DNA of 63,959 nucleotides, filler included, from Bonamia ostreae (GCA_040357525.1; 38 parts of 38 records of this genome joined end to end with filler, not necessarily neighbours in it), one strand, 5' to 3'. Shown: positions 10,805 to 22,476, counted from the whole stretch's first letter. Notes: generated by a model not told the origin, from the sequence alone. Made by a program: numbers and translations.

Positions 10805-11493
10805 ATGTTCAAAAAGCATATGCAGAAGGGGAAAAGACGCAACGTCTTAAGTCGCCTTATTCGACTCAACGACGCCGGTCTCGAAAGAGCCAACAACTGG
10901 CAAGAAGCCGCAAAAATATATCCGCCCGACGTCGTTCTCAAGTACCCGAAGCCCCCGAAAATCAAGCTAGAACGCGATCAATTCTACAGGGAAAACAAGT
11001 TGAGAATAGACAACATTCCTCAAATCTACAACAAAGAAGGTTATTTTTTATCAACATTCCTCAATTATATGGAACTTTTAAAACGAATGCTAAATTTCGC
11101 GAAAAAGATTTAGACGGATCGTCCTCGCCAGAATACCAAATAGCCAGAGCACAGTCTTACTTTTCGAAAAGAGGGTACAAAAGAAACAAAGCTTATTACT
11201 TGGCCAAATTGCTTTTGCGCAACCAACAAGCGATTTTGTTGCGGCAAAGCGAATTGTCGGAAAGAAAGAGAATCGACCCCGAGAACAAATTCGAAGGCGA
11301 AGACATTTTGAGTGCGTGGGAAAACAGACTTCGAGAAGAAATCGACGAAGGCGATAAGCGAACTCCGCCTAAAGAATTGTTGGCCAAAATCACTGCAAAA
11401 TTTCCGGAGAATTTTATAAGGAAAGACGACGACTTTCCGGAAAGAAAAATCGAAGACATTGAATTTGACGGAAGAGACGATTTTGATGATTAA
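10805..11493 (+). CDS. Probable mitochondrial ribosomal protein mS23-like, intron about 11041-11113
   Basis: NVLSRLIRLNDAG...WQEAAKIYPP...PPKIKLERD resembles the mS23 N-terminus. Confidence 0.5.
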
Positions 11494-11501
11494 AATGCAA
11501 T

Positions 11502-11641
11502 TTACTTTTTGCGCTGGTCGGCAAATTGGCAATAGCGATGCAGTCTTTTCTTCCATTCTCTGACTAGTCCATACCACCTCCTTTTGCTACATTCTAAATC
11601 GATTTCCGGAGTTTTCGGGTGATATGTTTTACGCTTTGTTC
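11502..11641 (-). CDS. SLBP: Histone mRNA stem-loop binding protein, last exon (RNA-binding domain); missed by the ORF track
   Basis: KRKTYHPKTPEIDLECSKRRWYGLVREWKKRLHRY matches the HPKTP...SRRxW...W...LH motif. Confidence 0.75.
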
Positions 11642-11893
11642 TAATTTTAAAGCTTTAAAAATTTGATTTTTTTTGTTTTTGGGGAAACGAAAAGCGCCAT
11701 TTTATCGAAATTTCATATAATGATTTAAGCTTAACTGGTTAGCCATTTTGAAATTTGATATTTAAAACATTATTTAGAACAGAAGAATTTTCCNNNNNNN
11801 NNNNNNNNNNNNNNNNNNNNNNNNNNNNNNNNNNNNNTTAATTAATTAANNNNNNNNNNNNNNNNNNNNNNNNNNNNNNNNNNNNNNNNNNNN

Positions 11894-12639
11894 AAGGGGA
11901 GAATTCCTGTTAACACGAGCGTTTTAGACACGTCTTGCAGAATCCCGGCGATCATTCTAATGCACGAATACTGGGGACCGGAGAACATTCTAAACCAGGC
12001 AACTGAATGGTTTTGCCCAAAGAAGTTTAAATTAGCAGATTTAAGTTACAACCTTTTGGTCCCCGATTTGTACCGCGGAAATCTGGTGGAAGACTTTAAA
12101 CGATCCCAAAATTACATTCTCACCACAAAACCGGACGTGATGGGCGCAATGGAAGATGTGAAATCTACCGTAAAATTCGCTAAAGATAAACTAAAAGCGA
12201 CTAAAGTCGGTATTGTTGGACTAAGCATGGGCGGCGTTTTAAAACATCATTTTTGCAAAAGGCTCTGGCGATGTGCGCTGGTTTGCACGTAGAGGGAATA
12301 GAGTGCGCAGTTTCATTTTACGGAATAATCCCGGATCGGTTGGCTCTGTTAAAAGATGTCAAAATTCCAATGCAATATCATTTTGGCGATAAAGACGCGT
12401 TGAGAGGGTTCACCACTCCAAAAGTTTAAATTTTACCATTTTCTGTTTTCCAAAAGGAGGTGAATTTGCTAAAAGAAAAATTGGAAAAGTGGAACAATTC
12501 GAATCACGAGATTTTCATGTACGAAAATGCAAGACATTCTTTTGCAAACGAGTCCACTTCGGAAAGTTACAACGACAAAGTAACACAAATTGCAAAATCC
12601 AACATGTTCCCTTTCCTGGAAAGACACCTCAAAACTTAA
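11894..12639 (+). CDS. Dienelactone hydrolase family protein, spliced (introns 12236-12261 and about 12424-12456)
   Basis: HEYWG, LVPDLYRG, GIVGLSMGG|ALA, VSFYG, HFGDKD, YENARHSFANE. Confidence 0.88.
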
Positions 12640-12870
12640 TAAATTCAAACTATTTTAATACTTTGCTAATTATACTGTTCCATTCAATACAACTTTTCTC
12701 TGCGCCATTATTCATTAAACATACACTAATATGAAGTACATAGACATTTAAACAAAAATTTCCAACTTTTATAAGTTTCAGATTACTATAAAAATAATTT
12801 CAACTTTTTTAAGCGATAAAATAACTAAAAATACACAAAAACCAATTTGAGAATTTTTTCAAAACATAAA

Positions 12871-13489
12871 ATGCACACCGTTTTTTACATTATAACTTTC
12901 GTCCTTATCATTCTTTCATTTGGAGGCGGAATGTCTCTAATGTTTATTCAAGAATGGGCTCTTGTTTATAAAGAATTAAACAATGGCCAAATTTTACGAC
13001 TAAATTGGGGAGTTGTTTTTGTGGAAACTCTAAACTTGAACACTCTCAGCGATAAATATTTTATAACTGTGAGAGAAATCGTATCTATTTGTGATACGAG
13101 TGAATGTCGATTGATTGTCCTTCGAAATTCATTCTTCTTTATTATGTTTCTCTCGATTATATCCGGATGCGTTCTTTCTACTTTTATTTTATCCGTTCTA
13201 CTGCCACTCAAAATTATCAGACGGATAAGCAGAAATAGCTCAAACATGGCCATACGCGTTTTTATAATTTTGTCGTTTTTTCTGAGCATTGGAACCATTT
13301 TATTTTTTAGATTAGTGATCATTTCTCATCTTTTTGATAACGCTTCCGTTGGTTTCACGTACAGTTTTGGGATTTGCTTTTATGCTTCAATAGCGATTCC
13401 TGTATTTTTGTTTGTTGCCATTATTTTGTTTGAGATCGGAATACATCTCGAAGAAAAATCATTCATTGATTCAATTTTTGAGCAGGAAA
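12871..13489 (+). CDS. Four-TM membrane protein (claudin/amastin-like topology)
   Basis: Four hydrophobic segments; W..WG..C..C in the first loop. Confidence 0.5.
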
Positions 13490-13589
13490 NNNNNNNNNNN
13501 NNNNNNNNNNNNNNNNNNNNNNNNNNNNNNNNNTTAATTAATTAANNNNNNNNNNNNNNNNNNNNNNNNNNNNNNNNNNNNNNNNNNNN

Positions 13590-15183
13590 CTTGCATGTAT
13601 TAGTTCAGTTCCCGGGGTGATAACTCCATGTACAGTCCAATTCTTTTAAATTTGATACAAAATATCTTTGAAACAAAAGGAACATAAAACGTAAATTCCA
13701 GGATCTTGTATACCCTTTTGGGGCGAGGTAAAACTGCGATATATTGATCAATATTGTTTAAGAAACTTCTTTATGACCGTACATCTGCAAGAAAAACACA
13801 TTACATGGCTATGTATACCTGGAAAGGGTTTACAACAATTGGTCCCTGGGGTACTGGTAAATGTTCTAACTCCAGGATGTGGCCAAACTCGGTGAATAAT
13901 GTGTATTTGTAAAATAATTGAATAACATATATAATTCTATTGAAACTGATTTGAAGCTAAACAGAACTTCAAAATTGTATATTTGATGGTAATAGGGTGA
14001 GGGATTTTTGCTCTAAAATTGATTATTGCCATCGTCATTTAAAGAACGTTTTAATTGTTCTGATTCTTATGCAAAGTATACTAAGCAGAAAACGATGTGT
14101 TAAATTGAGAATTTTGCAACCCCAGGGTTCTGACCTTAGGAAGCAATACCCTGTTATTGTAACATATATTATGTAAAGTATTATATCATTATAAATGCTG
14201 TTTGGGGATATCATTGTGTTTTAAGAATACAATTTCCATTATATTGTTGCTGAATATCAAATTTTAGCTTGGACATGCAAAACACAAAATATACATTTCA
14301 TATTCTTAGGGGCTAGTGATACCGTTAACAATAAATACTCAGGTGGCTGATGAGGCCTGTGGACTTCTTGTTACATGAATACATGTATATCATATTAAAC
14401 ACTTTCAAAGGATAAAGACATTTCGTCACTGTGACCATTTTGGTCGCACCTCTGTACCAAAATTCCTACTCCAGGGATATTTTAGTACTGGGTTATATGC
14501 TATTTTTGAATATCAATTTAGTTTCAATGTAGTATGAACAACACTGATGAAGAGCTTATCTAAATGATATACTCATAAACAGTATATGACAAATTTGTAA
14601 CCTCCCCGTGAGTTAAAATGCCTACCACGGTGATCGTGAAATTTACAATTTTGGACGTGACCTTCCTGACGTGCTTGACTATCTACATATAGTTATCCTA
14701 ACATATGTCTATTTGGATAAACGAATGAAAAGAATTGATGGTTAGTTATCAAGAAGTTAATAATGTTTCCATTCTGAACGGGCGACGCACTTCGGACGAT
14801 GTGGAACGTAAACCAATATCAACTGATCACCTGAGTGACTTATATGACCTAAAACATTTCCCGAAAGGTAGCAGGTATTGACTACGGTTTTACCTGAATA
14901 CAGGATTTTCTGTTATCTTTGATGCCATTTAACATCGCTTGGTTCTGTTTTTCACGCCGACGGACAAACGTCTTACTCAGAATTTTGGCATTGTTCACAA
15001 GTTCGTCCAAGTATCTAAATGTTGGAAAGAAAAACATCGTTATGTAAAACTGAACTGAATAACCGATTCTTCTATTGACTAAATTGAATTACCTCTAATA
15101 TTTTTTTTCAAACTGGGGTTTAAATTGCAATTTCTATACATAAAAGGTGAGAGAATCCATAGGTGCTTGAGAACAGGACACAG
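13590..15183. other. Gene-poor contig, probable metazoan (bivalve host) repeat DNA; similar contigs at 23736-25322, 27109-28694, 38894-43833, 47292-48870, 50650-52228, 55685-57261 and 62387-63959
   Basis: No protist-type ORFs; ACATGT-rich; motifs GATCACCTGAGTGAC..GACCTAAAA (about 14825) and TTTTAGCTCAC..(GTC)n (about 47783) recall oyster Helentron-type repeats. Confidence 0.7.
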
Positions 15184-15283
15184 NNNNNNNNNNNNNNNNN
15201 NNNNNNNNNNNNNNNNNNNNNNNNNNNTTAATTAATTAANNNNNNNNNNNNNNNNNNNNNNNNNNNNNNNNNNNNNNNNNNNN

Positions 15284-16402
15284 ACGTGCTGACGACCAAA
15301 ATCGCGCCTTTGTTGCAGAAAGTTAAAAATTTTATGTTGTGCGAGATGGAACAGAATTTCAGGTACAGTTTCCCGAGCCGCGACCTCATCTCGTCGATCT
15401 CGTTCACCTGCTCGTTCTCGATGTCGGCCGTCACCAGCATTATCGCGAACTTCATGTCGAACACGCTGACTAAACGTTGATGCAAAAACAGATCAGGAAT
15501 TCGGTCATCACGATGAACGTGAACGCGCTGAACATGCTCTCTGCGGTTACTGGTCAAAACGGTATGTGACGCCCACGAACACGTGCACCATTATGATGAA
15601 GGAGTCGTTCACGCCGAAGAACATGAACGTGTAGAAGCTTAGCTTCGAAGTGCGCGCGGTTGTGTTCGAATAGCCAATTTGTCGGAACAGAAGGTAGATC
15701 TGCGCAAAGTTGACGAGTATCGTCAGAACGATGTACTCGTTGGCCTGTCTGGAGAAGTCCTCGAAGCCCAGTATCGAGCCGCTGATGCTGAGCTGTTGGT
15801 TAGAGGTTGCAACGTTGGAAAAGTTCTCGGGGCACTTGTCGACTATGAAGCTGTTGCCCGTCACGACGACGTCGGTCCTCTTCGACAAAGAGCCGTTTTG
15901 CACTAGGTTCGGGAATTTTACCTCGGAAGAACAGTTCGAACCTGTAGTTGCAGAAGACGGCGGGGTAGTGAGTCGCCAGTCCAGAGCTCCCGAAGCCGTA
16001 AAAGTTTCTAAAATTACAGTCGGAAACAGCACTTCGAACCGGTTCGGCGGGCTGATGTTGTCCCAGACGAACTTCTTGTCCGTGAAAAGAAGCGCCTTGT
16101 CGCCGCTCAGCCAGCCGTAAGTGTCCAGACCGAGATTCTCGACGATCGACCCTCTCAGGATGACGGCGCGGCCCTGGCTTAGTTGCGGACAGAACCTTGA
16201 AGTAGCGCACTCCGGAAACTGCCTTCGAGTGGAAACTCAAAATTATCTTGCCCGTTTTCCCGGGGCGGTCCAAGTCTTCGAAGCGTCCGAAGTAATTCTT
16301 GTCGTGGTAATGGCCTTTGCTCGCCTTTACGTGAAAAACTCGAACCGCCGAGTTCACCGTTATTGCTAGCGCTATGAGCCAAATTGAAGCGATTCTTGCC
16401 AT
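15284..16402 (-). CDS. Tul1/FLY-type transmembrane RING E3 ligase, 5' part; introns 16174-16195, 15541-15560, 15470-15489
   Basis: Signal peptide; QIYLLFRQIGYSNTTARTSKLS..D; FLIF|SVFDMKF restored by splicing. Confidence 0.75.
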
Positions 16403-16978
16403 TAAGCTATTTGTTAATAGAGTCTGTTTTTATAGTGCAGATTTAATGTTTAATATATAAAAGCGCCATAACTCAGAATTAGGCAGCGAAATTTAAATTC
16501 TGTCTGCGAAATTTAAATTGCAATCATCATTTATTATTAGTGGACTACTCGTATTCTCGCCTGCTAGGATCAATCTATTGGCGCTCTTCCGCATCTTCAA
16601 AACGTTGCTGGATCTTTTTCCAAGATTGATCTAGCTAGTTCAGAATATTGGTTCGCAGACAGAACATTTTATTTGGCGAGAAGAAGAGGACTTTTATGTG
16701 CATCAAAAATTTATTATGTACATCGAAAATTTGCGATATTTGGCACAAGAGAGTGACTACAAAAATTTGACTTCAAAAAACTTATTTTTTATTTTTGGTG
16801 GCATTAAAAATAGCATTTTCTTCTCCGATTTTTCTGATTATTGAAAAACGGCAAAAAAATTCTATGTACTCCTTGGANNNNNNNNNNNNNNNNNNNNNNN
16901 NNNNNNNNNNNNNNNNNNNNNTTAATTAATTAANNNNNNNNNNNNNNNNNNNNNNNNNNNNNNNNNNNNNNNNNNNNT

Positions 16979-18532
16979 AAAAAACCTCTTTAAACGGTTT
17001 TTTGGTCCCTCCCGATTTCCCTGTTTTCAGAGAAGCCGTTGCTTTCGCCTTAAACATCTCTTCGAACTCATCTTTGTCCAGAACAACATTGTCGTCTTTT
17101 ATTCCATCCCAAACCGTCCCTTCGATCTTGTTCACCGGCAATATTCCCCAATGCAAATTCTTCATTTTTACGCTCGGAGATGGATTGCTTTTCTCGGGCA
17201 GATAAGCTTTCTGCGGCGCTGACGCACCTAACGGCGGTGGCGCTCCGATTCCTCCGAGTGGCGGCGGAGCTCCGATTCCCGCGATTGATGGCGCTACTGG
17301 GGCTCCTGTATCCAATGGCGGCGGTGGCAACGGCGTTTCTGCTCCGGCGAGAGGCGGTGGAAGCAGTTCCGCAGAGCTCTCTGCGGCAACCGGTAAAGCG
17401 GTTTCTCCGGTTTTTTCGGAGTCGGGTTTTGCGGTAAGAGCTGCGGACTTTTTGAGTTCGGCGATTTCGTTTTCTTTATCGATTTTGTATCGATTGAATT
17501 CTTTTCTTAGATTTTCGACTGCGTCGATTTCTTCGGGCGATTTAGACCTAGATTGGGCTACTTTCTTTTCCATTATTTTTTTTATTTCCGAATATTTGAG
17601 CAATCTCGCGTCTAATTTTTATTTAAAATTTAGCTTTTTAAATTTTATTTTTATAAAATTTTGTAATTTTTATAATTTTTCATTTAAATTTTGTTATTTT
17701 TCAATTTCAAATTTTATTAAATTTTGTTATTTTTCAGTTTTTAAATTTATCAAAATTTAATTTTTTATTCGTTTAATTTTTTTAGACGAAAAACCTTTTG
17801 TGAACGATTTTTGAATGATCGCATTAAAATCGACGTTTTCGTCAATTCTATCGATATTCTCTTCCATCTCGTCAATTTCTTTGTCGTTTATGATAAATGC
17901 TGTTGCCAGTTGGAGAGCGTTATGGCAATTTTGCCAAATAAAGTGTCTAAAATTATTAAAGTTTATTAAAAAGACCCCAATCTTCGAACGTTCGGAATAA
18001 TCAAAAAATATTTCATCAAATCGATCAAATATGCGCTGTGACCACTTTCTATTGAACTTTTCAACAAAAAATTCCAAACTGATTCGGGATCACTTTTTAT
18101 TAAAAATTTAGCTTTTTAGAAAACTTCATGTTAATATTTAGCAATTCTGATTCTTTTCTGTCATTTTCCATTTCCTTTTCAAAAATTTCGAATTGGTTTA
18201 ACAGCAAAGCCAAATCGTCTGCGTTCTTACAATTCGTTTGTTGGTCGTTTGTTGATTTCTTTTTGAAATTTTTTCAATTGGAATATTTTTTAAAATTAGT
18301 CATTTTTGAAAATAAAATTTAGTCAAACGGAAATAGCGTTGAGGATTCCGTCATCCAAAAGAAAACGTCTCTGATGGCATCTTTCTTCCAAATGATGAAT
18401 GGAGTTGACCATAACGTTGATTAAAGTGATTGCTGAAACCATTAACTGAATATCTTTCGCTTCAGAGATTTGTTTCACTAAAAGACTATAAGCAGTTTTT
18501 AGTTTTTGTTCTTTACTGCTTTTCTGAAGCAC
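16979..18532 (-). CDS. Formin fragment (FH3, coiled coil, proline-rich FH1, start of FH2), spliced
   Basis: SAITLINVMVNS..ERCHQR; PPPLGGIGAPPPL; PSVKMKNLHW..IEGTVW..EFEEMF. Confidence 0.92.
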
Positions 18533-18669
18533 TTTTCAATAATTTTATCGAAAAAAGAACAAAATTTTANNNNNNNNNNNNNNNNNNNNNNNNNNNNNNN
18601 NNNNNNNNNNNNNTTAATTAATTAANNNNNNNNNNNNNNNNNNNNNNNNNNNNNNNNNNNNNNNNNNNN

Positions 18670-18878
18670 AAAATTGATAACAAAAAATGGATTGAAAGTA
18701 CTCCAAAAATTGATAACAAAAAATGGATTGAAAGTACTCCAAAAATTGATAACAAAAAATGGATTGAAAGTACTCCAAAAATTGATAACAAAAAATGGAT
18801 TGAAAGTACTCCAAAAATTGATAACAAAAAATCGATTGAAAGTACTCCAAAAATTGGTAACAAAAAATCGATTGAGAG
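18670..18878. repeat. 36-bp tandem repeat, about six copies
   Basis: AAAATTGATAACAAAAAATGGATTGAAAGTACTCCA units. Confidence 0.95.
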
Positions 18879-19146
18879 TGCTTTGTCGGATAAAAGTAAA
18901 AAAGAATTGGAAGTAAAAAAGAAGATGAAAATGCCAAATTGGGCTTTGACGGTTGCGGGAGTGGCAAAAAAGAGAGATAAAGAATGGGAAGAAATAAAAG
19001 AATCGGTGAAAAAAGGAGAATTGAAAGGATTTGAAGAGAAGAAGTTTGACGAAAAAGTTTTGGAGAAAATGGATTTGGAAAATTTGGAAAATTTGGAAAA
19101 AGGTCTTGACAAAGAAAAGAAAAATTTGGAAAAACAATATAATTAA
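18670..19146 (+). CDS. Hypothetical protein C-terminus with in-frame 12-aa repeats (KIDNKKWIESTP)
   Basis: The repeat frame runs without a stop into SALSDKSKKELEVKK...KQYN*. Confidence 0.55.
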   Translation, partial: KIDNKKWIESTPKIDNKKWIESTPKIDNKKWIESTPKIDNKKWIESTPKIDNKKSIESTPKIGNKKSIESALSDKSKKELEVKKKMKMPNWALTVAGVAKKRDKEWEEIKESVKKGELKGFEEKKFDEKVLEKMDLENLENLEKGLDKEKKNLEKQYN

Positions 19147-19384
19147 ATTATTTTTAGAAAATTTTACTTTTTTTTAATGTTTTTTAAACGAATTTTCAAA
19201 ATTTAAGTAAAAAAATCGTCCAAAATTTTCAAAAATAAGATTTTTGTCCAAATTTCTTTTAAAAAATTTCTCCAAAAAGACCAACACCGAGCTTCGAACC
19301 CGCCACACAAAGCGCCCGTTCCTCAACAACAGAAACAAAAATTAAAATTTCGACAACTGAAACAAGTCTTTAACAACAGAACAT

Positions 19385-20012
19385 TTACTGATCGGGACTG
19401 ACCAACGTCGAGTACCGACTGTAAAGATCTTTGCTCTTAAAATGCCCGTTGAAACTCCCATGCACCGCCCGACACCGCTTCTCCGAATTGCCGCAGTCCA
19501 CACAAATCATTTCTTCGTCTGTGCCCAAAATCGCGCACACTTGTTCCGGCGTCAACTGGTCGTTTCTGAATTTGTCCCCGTCCACACCCGCGTTTTCGAA
19601 CCAACACAGTCTTTTCCAAAACAGCGGCGGCGCCCGTTCCGAGTCGTAGTTTTCTTTCTTCTGCATCACGCCGTCTTCGTAGTATTCCCAGCCGCCCCAG
19701 TTGTCGCCGCGCGAGTAGCAATAGTAACGCGCGCACTTGATTTTGACGGAATTGAGTTGGTCGACGACGCCGGAGGACTCGGAGAACTTGTTGTAGATGC
19801 GAATTTTGATGAGGTTGTTTTCGGAGAGTTCGACGATTTCGACTTGGTTGACGTCTTTGTAGGCGGAGCGCCAGGTTTCGAGCCAGTCGAGGAGAGGCTT
19901 GCGCTGCGACTCGCAGTTAATGAGGATGACCTCGAGGAAGTTGTAGAGGCGGCGAGTGTTGGTGGTGATGGCGTTGAAATCGGGTTCTTCGTTGGAGGAT
20001 AAGTCGCTTTCG
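19385..20012 (-). CDS. Unknown protein, terminal exon of about 205 aa, GC-rich with strong C3 codon bias
   Basis: The frame of ORF 19385-19669 stays open upstream: DLSSNEEPDFNAITTNTRRLYNFLEVILINC..WGGWEYYEDGV.. Confidence 0.7.
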
Positions 20013-20019
20013 CCCTTTT

Positions 20020-20258
20020 TTGTGACGATTTTTTTTTGTTTTTTTTTATAAATAACGATTTTTTTTATAAATAACGATTTTTTTTGTTTTTGTTAAATAA
20101 CGATTTTTTTTGTTTTTTTTCAAATAACGATTTTTTTTTGTTTTTGTTAAATAACGATTTTTTTTTGTTTTTGTTAAATAACGATTTTTTTTTGTTTTTT
20201 TTCAAATAACGATTTTTTTTTGTTTTTTTTCAAATAACGATTTTTTTTTGTTTTTTTT
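20020..20258. repeat. About 27-bp minisatellite (AAATAACGATTTTTTTTGTTTTT), probably intronic
   Basis: Eight or more imperfect copies. Confidence 0.9.
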
Positions 20259-20470
20259 NNNNNNNNNNNNNNNNNNNNNNNNNNNNNNNNNNNNNNNNNN
20301 NNTTAATTAATTAANNNNNNNNNNNNNNNNNNNNNNNNNNNNNNNNNNNNNNNNNNNNTAAAACGACATATCTTCGAAAACAAACGTCCCACAAAACACG
20401 AAAATTAAAGTGGTGACGAAAAATATTTTTACAAAAATAATCAAAATGATGAGCGACGACGATAAAACAC

Positions 20471-21230
20471 CAGTTCCGGGCGGGCCATAGAGCAAAACGC
20501 CCTTCGGAGGGTCGATCCCGAGATTGACGAAACGGTCGCTGTGCAATAGCGGCAATTCGACCACTTCTCTCAGTTTCTTGATTTGCTCTTTGCAACCGCC
20601 CACGTCGTCGTAGGTCACATCCGGCTTCTCTTCCACCGTCATCATTGTCACCTGCGGGTCGATTTTCATGGGAAGAGGAATTTGGATCTGCAATTTGGTT
20701 CGGTCCACTCTGCTCTTTTATCCGAAAATTACCCGACGCGCATTCCTTCTTCGATATCCGTCGGCGAAACGCGGTTCCCCAGTTCGACCACATATTTTCC
20801 GATGTGCGTCATGCTGACGACGTACTTCGCTTTGGGCGACTGCGAGTCGATGATTTTGGTGCAGCGCGCGACTTGCAACGGCTGCTCTTTCTGAAGCAGA
20901 TTTCTGTCGGATGTCAAGTCCCAGAGGTTTGGTTGGGACAGTCCGGTGTCGGATTCTTTGACTCCTTTTGTTTCGCTGATGTTTTGGGACAGTTCTTTGA
21001 GCTCTTTCTTTAATTTGGGAAATTGCAAATTTGTAAATTTTTTGTGTTTTGTTAAATTTTTGGTTTAGCACTTCCAGTTTTTTGATGCTTTCGGAGTACA
21101 TTCCTCTGTTGTAAAGTCGAAGAAGTTCGATGTCCCTTTCGTTTAAAAGGTTTTGAATTCCGTCTTCATCTTTTTCCGATTTTGTTTTTTCGTTTTCAGG
21201 TTTTTTGTTGTCTGTTTTGTTGTCAACCAT
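20471..21230 (-). CDS. PSMC2: 26S proteasome AAA-ATPase Rpt1, 5' part; introns about 21009-21071 and 20710-20732
   Basis: [64 protein letters not shown]. Confidence 0.97.
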
Positions 21231-22051
21231 TGAGCTTTGCTTATTAGGTTTTTAGTGTATAAGTGAATTTGTTTTTAGCTTTTGTTAAATTTGTAAATTT
21301 GCTTTTTTGTAATGTCGTTTCTCTGCGAAACATCAATTGTTTGATTAAAGAGCAGAGATTTTGCGTTTTCTTTTTGACTAATATTCGTCGTTAATGTCGT
21401 CTGTTTCGTATTGACAAAAATAATTAAGTTTAACTAGAATGTTGGGATGGTCACTTCATATTGTCTGATTTTCAATAAACTTTGTAGTAAATGTTATTTT
21501 AGAAATGGCTTCTCTCCATCATTAAGTTGATCGCTTTTTCTTTGACAAATCGAAATCCTTCGTTGTTCTAACATTTTCACAATTGCTAAAAATTTCGCGT
21601 TCTTTGTGGAATATGGATGAATAGTTTTACGAAAGCGTTTAAAACTGTGCATTTGTTTCCAAATTAGATTAAAATAAAAGGATATCAAAAGTTTTTTTAT
21701 AATGGCGAAGGTTGGTTAAAACAAGCCTTCTCTTATAAATCTTTCACAACTAAAAATTTGATCATTTATATTAAAAATTAAAAAAAATAATTCAAAACAC
21801 ACAAAAACTAAAAAATGAAAAACAAAAATGAACAAGATGATAACAGAGAAATCGAAGAATCTCTTACATTTATAAGAGAAGCAAACGAAAAGGAAAGGAG
21901 AAGAAGAAACGCAGAAACAACACAACTTTGCCGCAATAGACAAGCGANNNNNNNNNNNNNNNNNNNNNNNNNNNNNNNNNNNNNNNNNNNNTTAATTAAT
22001 TAANNNNNNNNNNNNNNNNNNNNNNNNNNNNNNNNNNNNNNNNNNNNAAAT

Positions 22052-22342
22052 TCATTTCTCTGTCGATAATTTGGACCCAAAAACTATCTTTTCATTTAAG
22101 ATATCTTTGCGGCATTTGTTCATTAGCAATTTTTTTTCTGCGTAAAGCGAGCGCAGTTTATTCATATTTTGTTTTCGCTTTTTATTTTCAAGACAGTTTT
22201 TGTTTTGTTTGACATTTTCAGTTTGTTTTTCTTTCTGGGATTTTCTGTCTTTCCACATTTTATCGATTTCTTTGCTTTTGTTAACATCGACTGCTTGTTG
22301 TAAACTGTTTTTTAGCAGTTTGAGTGATTTGCTCGACAGCAT
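22052..22342 (-). CDS. Small basic hypothetical protein (MLSSKSLKLL...)
   Basis: Open frame downstream of the tRNA; no recognisable motif. Confidence 0.4.
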   Translation of the reverse strand: MLSSKSLKLLKNSLQQAVDVNKSKEIDKMWKDRKSQKEKQTENVKQNKNCLENKKRKQNMNKLRSLYAEKKLLMNKCRKDILNEKIVFGSKLSTEK

Positions 22343-22404
22343 TTTCCTTTTATTAATTAACCAATAAATTTTATATTTAACCTCAAATTTGTTAAACCAG
22401 TTAA

Positions 22405-22476
22405 GCGTTGGTGATCTAGTGGTTATGATTTCAAGTTCCCATCTTGGCCACCCGGGTTCGAATCCCGGCCTTCGCA
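22405..22476 (+). tRNA. tRNA-Gly(CCC) with two U-U mismatches in the acceptor stem
   Basis: GCGTTGG..TCAAG TTCCCAT CTTGG..CCGGG TTCGAAT CCCGG CCTTCGCA, followed by a TTTTT Pol III terminator. Confidence 0.88.

Noticed and set aside
16551-16650. U2 snRNA-like start (TTCTCGCCTGCTAGGATCAA) within a hairpin
   Set aside because: No GTAGTA branch-pairing sequence follows, and the minus strand reads as a plausible spliced CDS. An Infernal search with RF00004 would settle it.
18670-18878. 36-bp repeats resembling a CRISPR array
   Set aside because: Copies are directly adjacent with no unique spacers, there are no cas genes, and the context is eukaryotic and coding.
19442-20002. 186-aa + strand ORF
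   Set aside because: Antisense shadow of the codon-biased minus-strand exon.
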